From NCBI GenBank assembly GCA_963725565.1, contig CAVRZL010000019.1, positions 39,295 through 103,294 of the forward strand: DNA of 64,000 nt, read 5' to 3'. A program made the translations under genes and the position numbers. The DNA is from an uncultured Acidobacteriota bacterium (lineage in GTDB: Bacteria > Acidobacteriota > Terriglobia > Terriglobales > Acidobacteriaceae). Positions 38,099 to 47,264 of the stretch are shown here, in pieces; the first letter of the stretch is position 1; each line of letters begins with the position of its first letter. The notes below the pieces were generated by a model that was given only the letters and a program-made list of their open reading frames with translations, ran no database searches and was not told the origin of the DNA.

Positions 38099-40218
38099 GC
38101 CCACTTTCCCGCCGCGAATTTGTCGGCGCCGGAATCGCTGCCGGCGCCGGACTGGTCATCGGCTTCTATTTGCCGCACGGAGAGGGATCGCGCAAAGAAT
38201 CGTTCTCTCCTAACGCGTATCTGCGCATCACTCCCGACAACAAAATCACGATCGTGGTCGCGCGCTCGGAGATGGGTCAGGGCGTGCGCACTGCGCTGCC
38301 CATGATTCTCGCCGAGGAACTCGAGGCTGACTGGAAGCAGATCGAGATCGAGCAGGCTGGAGCGAGCACGCTCTTCGGCGATCAGACGACCGGTGGAAGC
38401 GCGAGCATCCGCACCACGTGGGATCCGATGCGCAAGGCCGGGGCATCTGCGCGTGAAATGCTGATCTCCGCCGCTGCTCTGACCTGGAGTGTTCCGCGGT
38501 CAGCGATGCACGGCCGAGAGCTGGCCACATAAAGCATGCCGCATCGAACCGCAGTCTGAGTTATGGCGAACTTGTCGGCAAAGCTTCGACGCTGCCGATC
38601 CCCACCGACGTGACGCTGAAGCAGAGCAAGGATTACAAGATCGTCGGCCAGCGGCTTGCCCGCGTGGATTCGCCGGCCAAGGTCAAAGGCGAAGCAGTAT
38701 TCGGCATCGACTTCCGTCTGCCCGAAATGAAGTATGCCGTGCTGTCGCGTTGTCCGACGATCGGCGGCAAGGTTTCGTCGTTCGACGACAAGGAATCGAA
38801 GAAGATTTCCGGCGTGAGTTATGTCGGCAAGATTGGCGACTCGGCGGTCGCGGTCGTCGCCGACAGTGTCTGGGGCGCGATGGAAGGACGGCGCGTGCTC
38901 AATGTCACGTGGGACGATGGTCCGAACAAAGATCTGAGTACTGCGGCCGTGGCTGGCATCGCTCAAGCAAGGCAGCGTCGAAGAAGGGTGCGAACCTGTA
39001 TTCGGCCGGCGATCCCGCGAAAGTTTCGGGACGCCACATCTCCGCCGAATACATGTTGCCCTTCATGGCGCACGCGCCGATGGAGCCGGGCAATTGCACG
39101 GCGCATTATCAGGGCACGAAGTGCGAGTTGTGGGCGCCGACGCAGGTTCCGCAGGATTGCCGCGATTCGGTCGCGACGGCGATCGGGCTTGATCCCGATC
39201 AAGTCAAAGTCAACGTCACGCTGATGGGTGGAGGCTTCGGCCGGCGGCTCGAGCACGATTACGCGGTCGAAGCCGCGCAGGTCTCGAAAGCGATCAACGC
39301 TCCGGTAAAAGTCATCTGGACGCGCGAAGACGACATGCGCTTCTCCACGTACCGTCCCGCGAGCCTGCACCAGCTCAGCGCCACGCTGGATGGTTCCGGC
39401 TTGCCCGCTGGATTGACGCATCGCATCATCGCGCCGTCGATCAGCGGACAGAAAGGCCAGCCGGTCCCGAATGGAGTCGATCCCGATCTGCCCGATGAGG
39501 CGGGTCCAGTCTATGGCATTCCCAACTATCTGATCGAATACGTGATGACCGAAACGCCGGTGCCGTTGGGCTGGATGCGTTCGGTCTACGCGCTGCAGGC
39601 GGCGTTTGCGCTGGAGAGCTTCATCGATGAACTCGCGGTTGCGGCGGGCAAAGATCCGCTCAAGTACCGGCTGCAACTGCTGGCCAAGGATCAGGATCTG
39701 ACCTACTTCACGACCACCTGGCACACCGCCCGCATGCGCGCCGTGCTGCAGCTTGCCGCAGAGAAAGCCGGATGGGACAAGCCGCTCCCCGCCGGACGCT
39801 ATCGCGGCGTGGCATGCTTCGGATGCTTCCCGTCTTATCATGGCAGAGGTCGTCGAGATCACGATGGAAAAAGATCAGCCGCGCGTACATCGCGTGGTGG
39901 CCGCGGTCGATTGCGGACAGGTCGTGAATCCCAGCATTCTCGAGCAGCAGATTCAGGGCGGAATCGTCTACGGCTTGGGAAATGCGCTGCGGGCGAAGAT
40001 CACCATCGAGTAAAGGCCGCGTCGTGCAGGGGAACTTCGACGACTACGCTCCGCTGCGCATGGATGAGACACCGGCCGTCGAGGTCTATGCCGTGCCCAG
40101 CCAGGAAGCTCCGACAGGAATTGGCGAACCGTCGGTGCCGCCGGTCGCCCCGGCGCTGTGCAACGCGATTTACGCGGCGACGAAGAAGCGGATTCGCGCG
40201 CTGCCGATTCTAAGCTGA
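38095..40218 (+). pseudogene. molybdopterin-binding oxidoreductase large subunit (IorB-like), second copy, about six +1 frameshifts
   Basis: The start overlaps the IorA stop (ATGA). Segments: [34 protein letters not shown] (phase 1); an unresolved short stretch after WSVPRS (phase 2); SLSYGELVGKAS..LKQSKDYKIVGQ..VKGEAVFGID (phase 0); GANLYSAGDP..FMAHAPMEPGNC..LMGGGFGRR..ESFIDELAVAAGKDP (phase 2, reached via a brief phase-1 stretch); [11 protein letters not shown] (phase 0); [19 protein letters not shown] (phase 1). Confidence 0.85.
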
Positions 40219-40241
40219 AGCTGACCTCAGGCATGTGGCTC

Positions 40242-40299
40242 GGTTGCCCCATCGTTCGTGGTTCCCGCCCTTCGCAAAAGCCGCGAAGGCGGGGCACCC
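40242..40299 (-). repeat. GC-rich REP-like hairpin element
   Basis: Hairpin CCCGCCCTTCGC/GCGAAGGCGGGG. The reverse complement starts GGGTGCCCCGCCTT, like the element at 44010. Confidence 0.5.
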
Positions 40300-40378
40300 A
40301 CGGTTTTGTCGATGTCCGCGAGATCAACAGCCTGGGCCTCTCGCCGGGTTAACGAGTGTTTGTATGGTTGGAGGATTA

Positions 40379-41520
40379 ATGCTGCGCAAGTGATCTGCAA
40401 TCATTCTGCTTTTCTCCGCCTATCCTTCGCCCAGAACGCACCGACGTCAACCGTTTCCGCGTCGCGCCTCGCGCACCTCCGTCACGGCATCAACCTCAGC
40501 GAATGGTTCGCGCAGGTTTACGATCCACGCGGATACACGAAGGAGCACTTTGAAGACCTGGACTACGTCGATCGACATCGCGTTGATCAAGTCCATCGGC
40601 TTCGATCATGTGCGGCTCAGCGTGAATCCGGAGCCGATGATGGACGCAGACGCCGTCAGCATGGCAGCCGACGGAGTATTTCGGCTATCTCGATGCCGCG
40701 GTGAAGATGATTCTCGACGCGGGCTTGGCGGTCGAACTCGACATGCATCCGGACGAGCGATTTCAAGCAGCGCCTGACCAAAGACGACGACTTCGTCGAG
40801 CGCTTCGCCGACTTCTGGCGCGGCGGTGGCGAAGCACTACTCCACCTGGGATTCCGAGCGCGTGTTCTTCGAAATTCTGAACGAGCCGGAGATGCGCGAC
40901 CCGTACCGCTGGTACGGCGTGGAAGCAAAGCTGGCAGCGGCGATCCGCAAGGCGCGCCGCGCACACGATTATCGCGGCGGGCGCGCAAGTGGGACGACGA
41001 TGACGACATGATCTTGTCTCGAACCGCTGCGCGATCCCAACGTCATTTACGTCTTTCACTTCTACGAGCCGCACATCTTCACTCACCAGGGCGCGACCTG
41101 GGGAGCGTACTACTGGCACTGGCTGAAGGGACTGCACTATCCGTCGACGCCGAGAATGCCGACGCAAGTCGCGGCACTGGTGCCGCGACGCGGTTCACCG
41201 GATCGACGTGATCCGCTATGGGCAGGATCACTGGGACGCGTCGCGAATCGAGGCCGAAATCAATCAGGCCGCCGATTGGGCGAAGCCGAAATGGCGTGCC
41301 GCTGGTGTGCAACGAATTCGGCGTCTATCGCCATGCCGACCCGCAGACCGCGCCGCCTGGATCAGCGATGTCGCGCACCGCACTCGAGCGCCACAGCATC
41401 GGCTGGGCGATGTGGGATTACTCCGGCAGCTTCGGCGTGGTCACGAAGAAAGACGGCAAGGCCGCTTTGGATGGAAATACGGTAACGGCCCTGGGATTAA
41501 AGATGCCAAATGGTCGATAA
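40379..41520 (+). pseudogene. glycoside hydrolase family 5 (cellulase-like), many +1 frameshifts
   Basis: GGAGGA RBS plus ATG 40379. Pieces across frames: GINLSEWFAQ, DIALIKSIGFDHVRLSVNPE, YLDAAVKMILDAGLAVELDMHPDE, DDDFVERFADFWR, VFFEILNEPE (catalytic NEP), NVIYVFHFYEPHIFTHQGATW, VPLVCNEFGVY (nucleophile EFG), IGWAMWDY. At least 9 shifts. Confidence 0.7.
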
Positions 41521-41541
41521 TGTGTCGTCGAGCTCAGCAAG

Positions 41542-42441
41542 TCAGTGGGAATTGATCAGTCGCATATCGGAGGCAAAGTTTTCGAATGCGGCCAGATCCT
41601 CCGCCGGTCCTGCGCCCAGGCCTTTCTTGCGGTCAAGCGCGTTTTGCGCCGCGACTTCTGGAGTCCAGCCTTTCAGGAAGACGCCTTCACGAAGGTAACG
41701 AATCTCCTGGAGAGTCGAGTCCGACGCGCCCGCATACCTCTCCATTTGCCGCACAAAATAATCGAACAGCGCCTTGGGCAATTCGAAATTGTCTGGCACG
41801 TCCCGGCGCTTGTACTCGAAAATCGTTTTCTGATGCCACGGGTTAAACTTCCTCGTGCCGAACGAATCGTTCACGCCAAGAAAGACCTGGGAGGTCGGCA
41901 CCACCACCCGAACTTCCGCTCCATGAGCCGGATGTACAACCCACACCGCCACCGTGTGATTGGGATACGGCCAAAACAGCCCAACTGTCCGTGGCCCTGC
42001 CTGCTCTACCAGGAACGCATACAGAGCCGAGAGTTCGTCACATTCCGCCGAAGCAGTCGGCCTAATCGTCGACACTTCATGCACCGTTCTCCACTGCTTC
42101 CACACTTGATCCGAATTCGGCGGCATGTTCGTGATCGTCCAATGCATGTTCCAGAACCCCGCGTCGCGCGTCGCCTCATAGAGCAACCGCACGATCACGT
42201 AGTCGGCATAGCTGACGCTGTTGGGCGCAATCTTGTACGCGCTGGTAAACGATTGGAGGCTCGAACGCATTCCGGAACTGTTCTCCAGCTTTTTCGCATG
42301 AATCCGGACCTCACGGACAAGGTGTGCCCACCGTGGTATCCGGCTTGCCTGGAACTGGCTGAGGAAGGGGATCGACGGCGCCGACACCCGTCGTCTCAAG
42401 CAGGACGACCCAAGCGATAGCCAACAGCAATCGCGGGACAC
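41542..42441 (-). CDS. hypothetical protein; likely signal peptide in an upstream +1-shifted frame
   Basis: 299-aa ORF with no family recognised. GTG at 42445 in the neighbouring frame encodes VSVPRLLLAIAWVVLLETTGVGA, which would join after one extra base near 42330-42400. Confidence 0.5.
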   Translation of the reverse strand: MSRDCCWLSLGSSCLRRRVSAPSIPFLSQFQASRIPRWAHLVREVRIHAKKLENSSGMRSSLQSFTSAYKIAPNSVSYADYVIVRLLYEATRDAGFWNMHWTITNMPPNSDQVWKQWRTVHEVSTIRPTASAECDELSALYAFLVEQAGPRTVGLFWPYPNHTVAVWVVHPAHGAEVRVVVPTSQVFLGVNDSFGTRKFNPWHQKTIFEYKRRDVPDNFELPKALFDYFVRQMERYAGASDSTLQEIRYLREGVFLKGWTPEVAAQNALDRKKGLGAGPAEDLAAFENFASDMRLINSH

Positions 42442-42588
42442 TCACGGGTAAGTCATATCCTTTCCCGTACCAAGCACCAGATAACTTTCGATCCTCTTTC
42501 TTTCTGGAAAGGCTCGAAGCCGTGCATTTAACCAAACGCTACGCTTCCCTGCCGGCGAGTGAGTCGGATCCGCGAGAACGCCGACAGT

Positions 42589-43020
42589 TCACAGTGCGCC
42601 CAGCCATTTCACGGGCAAGTAGGCGGCTAGTGCGTTCGCCAGCCGCTCATCGGCGGTGATCAAGTCTGCCCTGGACTGAACTGCCAGCGCCACATACATA
42701 CAGTCGTAGACCGCCCGATCGTAGGTGAAGGCAATTCCTAGCGCCTCTTGCAGGAGCACAACCGACGACACGGTGCCGAAAGCGCGGGCCTTCATGTCGC
42801 TTACCACCGCTTCAGCTTCCTCCTGGCGCCATCTACGCTGCCGAGCGCCCTTCCACAACACGTTGCCCACTTCCGCCCAAAAGATATCCGGCACGATGAA
42901 TTCGATCTCACCGCTGACATACCGGGTCAGCAGTCGCAGAGATTCATGGGTCAAGGGTTCTCTGGCCGAAGGGATTGCCCACTTCACGGCAACCGAGGCG
43001 TCCAGAACAAATGTGGTCAA
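42589..43020 (-). CDS. vapC: type II toxin-antitoxin system VapC family toxin (PIN domain)
   Basis: 143 aa with the PIN acidic residues in context (FVLDASVAVKW, ..VPDIFWAEVGNVL, ..DCMYVALA, LITADERL). It overlaps the upstream antitoxin by 4 nt. Confidence 0.88.
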   Translation of the reverse strand: MTTFVLDASVAVKWAIPSAREPLTHESLRLLTRYVSGEIEFIVPDIFWAEVGNVLWKGARQRRWRQEEAEAVVSDMKARAFGTVSSVVLLQEALGIAFTYDRAVYDCMYVALAVQSRADLITADERLANALAAYLPVKWLGAL

Positions 43021-43268
43021 CGCCCGCGGTCCTCGCGAATCATTTCTTCAGCCGATGGAAATGGGCCGGGGCTTAAAGGCGGCCTGGCGCGAAGTTCTGC
43101 CAGACGATCATAAAATTCCTGACGGCGCTTCAATTCGGCCTCGGTGGGTATGTTCTGCTCCAAAAGCGAAATCACTTCGGCAGCAATCGATTTGCGATTG
43201 GCGCGGGCCCGCTTCCGAAGAGCCTTGTAAATATCATCCGGAACATTCTCGACATAGAGCGTCGCCAT
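43017..43268 (-). CDS. antitoxin (FitA/VapB-like ribbon-helix-helix)
   Basis: 83 aa. MATLYVENVPDDIYKALRKRARANRKSIAAEVISLLE is an RHH-type N-terminus, genetically coupled to vapC. Confidence 0.75.
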   Translation of the reverse strand: MATLYVENVPDDIYKALRKRARANRKSIAAEVISLLEQNIPTEAELKRRQEFYDRLAELRARPPLSPGPFPSAEEMIREDRGR

Positions 43269-43324
43269 ATGGAATTCCTAGGAACATTATAGCATAACCA
43301 TATCCTTGATATTCATCCCATTTC

Positions 43325-43354
43325 TTGACACCCCTTCCTCTCAGGCCTTATCCT
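43325..43354 (+). promoter_or_regulatory. candidate sigma-70-type promoter for yceD-rpmF-plsX-fabD
   Basis: TTGACA (43325-43330), an 18-nt spacer, then TATCCT (43349-43354). This is a consensus match only. Confidence 0.3.
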
Positions 43355-43437
43355 AAGTCTTGCTCCTTGCGGTACTTACGCCTATTTGGCGTGCTTCCGC
43401 GGGCCGTTGCCGGCGCGATCGCCGCGGAGATTTCGCC

Positions 43438-43989
43438 ATGTTCCTCGACATCAAGAAATTGGAAGTTCAGCCTCTGGATTTCGAGGAGGAGCTCCAGCCA
43501 GGCGTCATCGACTTGGGAGGCGAAGCGCGCCAACGTACCCCGCTGAAAACCTCGGGGCGCGCTGAGGTCGTGGAGGAGCATCACGGCAAGAATCAGATCA
43601 TCAAAGACATCCGTCTGCGGGGACGTTTGTCGGCCGGCTTGGAACTGCAATGCGCCCGCTGCCTGGAACCGGTGCGGCAAGACGTCAAGCGCGAGTTTGA
43701 ATTGCTCTATCGCCCCTTGGGCACGGATGCAGGACGCGACGAATTGTCAGTGACCGATGCGGAAGCGGAAATCGGATATTATCAGGGTGACGGCCTGCTG
43801 CTGGAAGACGTGTTGCGCGAGCAGGTGCTGCTGGCCCTGCCTTTGAAAGTCACGTGCCGCGAGGATTGCAAGGGATTATGCCCGCACTGCGGCAAGAATT
43901 TGAACCAGGAACAATGTTCCTGTTCGATCGAAGTCGAGGATCCGCGCTGGGCCGCGTTGAAGGACGTCCGCAGCCGGCTCGAACATTGA
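43438..43989 (+). CDS. yceD: YceD family protein (DUF177)
   Basis: Internal ATG of ORF 43360-43989. It has the two CxxC pairs (CARCLEPV, CPHCGKNL) and the conserved position upstream of rpmF-plsX. Confidence 0.85.
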   Translation: MFLDIKKLEVQPLDFEEELQPGVIDLGGEARQRTPLKTSGRAEVVEEHHGKNQIIKDIRLRGRLSAGLELQCARCLEPVRQDVKREFELLYRPLGTDAGRDELSVTDAEAEIGYYQGDGLLLEDVLREQVLLALPLKVTCREDCKGLCPHCGKNLNQEQCSCSIEVEDPRWAALKDVRSRLEH

Positions 43990-44009
43990 TTCAGAAATAG
44001 CAATGAATT

Positions 44010-44073
44010 GGGTGCCCCGTCCTTGTCGCGCAGTATGCGACAGGCATGCCCTGAGCTTGTCGAAGGGGCGGGG
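44010..44073 (+). repeat. GC-rich REP-like hairpin element
   Basis: GGGTGCCCCGTCCTTGTCGCGCAGTATGCGACAGG...GAAGGGGCGGGG, between yceD and rpmF. It is related to 40242-40299. Confidence 0.5.
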
Positions 44074-44130
44074 TTTTTGATTTTAAGATTTTCAGCGGCG
44101 GTCCGACGGCTCCGCAAAAAGGAATCCATC

Positions 44131-44316
44131 ATGCCTAATCCGAAACGGCGACACTCCCAGAAGCGTACCTCGACCCGGCGCGCCCACGACGCTCTGAAGG
44201 GGCACAGCCTCTCCGAGTGTCCCAACTGCCACGAGAAAAAGATGCCTCACCGCGCCTGTCCCAAGTGCGGGTACTACAAAGGCCGTGAAGTTCTCGACGT
44301 AGAAGAAGCCAGCTAA
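44131..44316 (+). CDS. rpmF: 50S ribosomal protein L32
   Basis: MPNPKRRHSQKRTSTRRAHDAL..CPNCHEKKMPHRACPKCGYYKGREV. Confidence 0.95.
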   Translation: MPNPKRRHSQKRTSTRRAHDALKGHSLSECPNCHEKKMPHRACPKCGYYKGREVLDVEEAS

Positions 44317-44328
44317 CTGATAAACATC

Positions 44329-45351
44329 ATGCCTAGCGTGATCGCGCTGGATGCGATGGGTTCAGATCGCGCTCCCAAGCCGGAGATTGAGGGCGCGATT
44401 CAAGCTGCACGCCAGTACGGCGTGCGCGTGTTGCTGGTCGGCCCTGAATCCATCATCCGCACTGAACTCGCGCGCCATTCCGCCGCTACCCGTCTGCCCA
44501 TCGGAGTCGTCCATGCCAGCGAATACATCACCATGGAAGACAAGGTGGAAGCCATCCGCGCCAAGCGCGACAGCTCCATGCGCGTCGGCCTGCGGATGGT
44601 GCGCGAGGGACAAGCCGCCGGATTCGTTACCGCCGGTAATACTGGTGCGGCGATGGCCACCGCGAAGGTCGTTCTCGGTGGAGTGCCTAACGTTGACCGC
44701 CCTGCTTTGGCCGCTGTGTTCCCTACCGCCCCGGGCAATCCCGCGATGCTCCTCGACGTGGGAGCCAACGTCGATTGCACCCCGCAAAACCTGGAACAGT
44801 TCGCGGTGATGGGCGATGTATACTTTCGCGCCATGTTCGGCAAGCGTGCTCCGCGGGTCGGCCTGCTTTCCATCGGTGAGGAAGAAAGCAAGGGCAACGA
44901 TCTGACGCGCGAGGCGTTCCATCTGTTGAAGCAGCTGCCTTTGAATTTTGTCGGCAATGTCGAAGGCCGTGACCTGTACAACGGAGAGGTGGACGTCATC
45001 GTCGCCGACGGATTTGTCGGCAATGTCGCGCTGAAAATCTCTGAGGGCGTTGCCAACCTGGTGCGCACGGCGTTGAAAGAGTCGCTGAAAGCGACCATCA
45101 CGCGGCAAGTTGGCGCCTTGCTTTCACGCAGTGCCTTCACCGATTTCAAGAAGCGCCTTGACCATACCGAATACGGGGGAGCCCCGCTGCTGGGCGTGAA
45201 GGGCGTTTGCATCATCACGCACGGATCGTCGAATGCTAACGCCATGAAGAACGCCATACGGGTCGCAGCAGAATTTTCGGAGAGTGAAGTCAACCAGTCG
45301 ATCGAACGTGGACTGGCAAGGCTGCATCCGGCACCGGTCGGCACCGGATAA
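44329..45351 (+). CDS. plsX: phosphate acyltransferase PlsX
   Basis: 340 aa carrying [21 protein letters not shown] and [15 protein letters not shown]. Confidence 0.95.
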   Translation: MPSVIALDAMGSDRAPKPEIEGAIQAARQYGVRVLLVGPESIIRTELARHSAATRLPIGVVHASEYITMEDKVEAIRAKRDSSMRVGLRMVREGQAAGFVTAGNTGAAMATAKVVLGGVPNVDRPALAAVFPTAPGNPAMLLDVGANVDCTPQNLEQFAVMGDVYFRAMFGKRAPRVGLLSIGEEESKGNDLTREAFHLLKQLPLNFVGNVEGRDLYNGEVDVIVADGFVGNVALKISEGVANLVRTALKESLKATITRQVGALLSRSAFTDFKKRLDHTEYGGAPLLGVKGVCIITHGSSNANAMKNAIRVAAEFSESEVNQSIERGLARLHPAPVGTG

Positions 45352-45380
45352 ACTTTTTCCTGCACCCGAACTTCCGTTTG

Positions 45381-45465
45381 TTATCCTGAGCAGGTTTTTG
45401 CGCGAAGGACCTAGCAACCCGTGAATGGCAGGGATCCTTCGCGCAAACGCCGCGCTCAGGATGAC
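45381..45465 (+). repeat. short (85-bp) variant of the GTCATCC...GGATGAC MITE family
   Basis: TTATCCTGAGCAGG...GGGATCCTTCGCGCAAACGCCGCGCTCAGGATGAC, with termini like the 113-bp family. Confidence 0.6.
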
Positions 45466-45478
45466 AAGATTAGACCTC

Positions 45479-46429
45479 ATGAACGACACCACGATCGCAC
45501 TGATTTTCCCCGGCCAAGGCTCGCAAGCGGTGGGCATGGGCAAAGAGCTGGCCGAAAAATACCCAGAGGCCCGGCAAACGTTCGAAGAAGCCGATGAGGC
45601 CTTGGGTTATAAGCTCTCGCAGTTATGCTTCGAAGGCCCCGAGGACCAGCTGCGCCTCACCGAGATTACCCAACCGGCGATCCTTACGACCTCGATCGCA
45701 GCGCTGCGCGTGCTGGAGAGCCGCGTACCTAAGCCCAGCTATGTCGCGGGCCACAGCCTCGGCGAATACTCGGCGCACGTCGCGTCCGGCACCTTCAGCT
45801 TTACCGACGCGGTCCGCACCGTGCGCAACCGCGGCAAGTACATGCAGGAGGCTGTCCCGGTTGGCGTGGGAGCCATGGCCGCGATCCTTGGCATGGAATT
45901 AGCAAGAGTGTCCGTTGTTTGTAATGACGCGGCCCAGGGCGAGGTCTGTTCTCCCGCCAATATCAACTCGCCGGACCAAGTAGTGATCTCCGGCAACACC
46001 GCAGCGGTGGAGCGCGCCACCAAACTGGCCGACGAACGCGGCGCCAAGCGCGCCAAGATTCTGCCGGTAAGCGCGCCTTTCCATTGTTCTCTCATGAAGC
46101 CCGCACAAGATCGCCTGGAATCCGACTTGGCGAAAATCAAGATGAATAAACCCGTCTATCCCGTCGCCTGCAATGTCGAGGCCGATATGGTTACGGACAA
46201 CGTGCGCGCGCTCGAGACCCTCGTGCGGCAGGTCACGGGATCGGTGAAGTGGGAACAGTGCATCCGCTTGCTCATCGCGCAGGGCGTTCAGACTTTCATC
46301 GAAGTTGGTCCGGGAAAGGTTCTAAGCGGATTGATGCGGCAGATTGACCGCTCAAAAACTGCATTGAATGTCGGCGATGATGCCAGCTTGATCAAGACGC
46401 TGGAAGCACTGGGAAAAACGACAGCCTAG
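45479..46429 (+). CDS. fabD: ACP S-malonyltransferase
   Basis: Internal ATG of ORF 45425-46429. It carries FPGQGSQAVGMG, the active-site GHSLGEYSA, and SAPFHCSLM. Confidence 0.93.
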   Translation: MNDTTIALIFPGQGSQAVGMGKELAEKYPEARQTFEEADEALGYKLSQLCFEGPEDQLRLTEITQPAILTTSIAALRVLESRVPKPSYVAGHSLGEYSAHVASGTFSFTDAVRTVRNRGKYMQEAVPVGVGAMAAILGMELARVSVVCNDAAQGEVCSPANINSPDQVVISGNTAAVERATKLADERGAKRAKILPVSAPFHCSLMKPAQDRLESDLAKIKMNKPVYPVACNVEADMVTDNVRALETLVRQVTGSVKWEQCIRLLIAQGVQTFIEVGPGKVLSGLMRQIDRSKTALNVGDDASLIKTLEALGKTTA

Positions 46430-46465
46430 ATCCTTGCAGGACGCCGTCGCAGCGAGCTGTCGTAC

Positions 46466-46924
46466 TCAGTGGAAGATCAATTCGCACGGTGGAAAGCTGA
46501 GCGTCTTATCGGATTTTTCCACCCACACCTGCGCGTGCTCGGCGCGATCGTTCACGATCACATCGACCACAACCCCGGTACCCGGGCCGGGACACGTGCT
46601 GGCACCATACACTTTCTGAGTCTTGATCAGCCCCCACTCGCCCCCGGGTCCCCAATCCCGGTAGAACTCGTTGAACGGATATTTTGGGTATCGATTCGCA
46701 TGCTGGGCCCAGTCGGGATCGTGCATCCAGATACCGTAGGCGGCCTTGTAATCCTGCTTTTGCAGGGCCTCGAAAAAGTGACCGACGCGGATTTCGTCGG
46801 GCTTATAGCGAAATGCCCACAGCAGTCCAAGCACAAGGACCACGATGGAGATCACTGAGATGATCGTCTTCGTCTTCTTACGCGCTTTTTCTTCGTCGTA
46901 CTGCTTCGCGTCCAGGAGCGTCAT
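46466..46924 (-). CDS. hypothetical membrane-anchored protein
   Basis: 152 aa with one N-terminal TM (TIISVISIVVLVLGLLWAF). No family recognised. Confidence 0.55.
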   Translation of the reverse strand: MTLLDAKQYDEEKARKKTKTIISVISIVVLVLGLLWAFRYKPDEIRVGHFFEALQKQDYKAAYGIWMHDPDWAQHANRYPKYPFNEFYRDWGPGGEWGLIKTQKVYGASTCPGPGTGVVVDVIVNDRAEHAQVWVEKSDKTLSFPPCELIFH

Positions 46925-47037
46925 ACCTCTCTAGCATAACGGACACGGGCCGCAAGTCAAAAGTTCCCGAAAAAAATAGGTAGTGGCTCATTTTGAATTT
47001 CTGATGACGTTTTCACTCGTTGAGGGCGTCATCCTGA

Positions 47038-47150
47038 GCGCAGCCGTTCTTCGGGCGGAGCGAAGGATCTCCGCTACGACGCGGTGTGCCACGAGAGATC
47101 CCTCGGCCCGCTGGTAACAACGCGGGCTCTTCGGGATGACACCTTGTGAT
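47038..47150 (-). repeat. 113-bp MITE-like element, copy C (inverted)
   Basis: The reverse complement reads GTCATCCCGAAGAGCCCGCGTTGTTACCAGCGGGCCGAGGGATCTC...GCGCTCAGGATGAC, closest to copy A. Confidence 0.9.
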
Positions 47151-47264
47151 GTTCAGGGTTCAAACCAACAGATAGGGGGATTGAGCAATTGAGTCTCGGT
47201 GTGTAGATATTTCACGGGGGAGAAATGAGCTTTTTCGGGGCCCAGCCACCCAATCACTCAATGC

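Noticed and set aside
38489-40213. 574-aa ORF taken as an intact gene
   Set aside because: Only its central ~280 codons (GANLYSAGDP...GVACFGCF) match IorB-type proteins. Its N- and C-terminal parts are Arg-rich out-of-frame read-through. The true gene is the frameshifted 38095-40218.
44362-45365. 248-aa and 321-aa minus-strand ORFs
   Set aside because: They are antisense to plsX, which is unambiguous.
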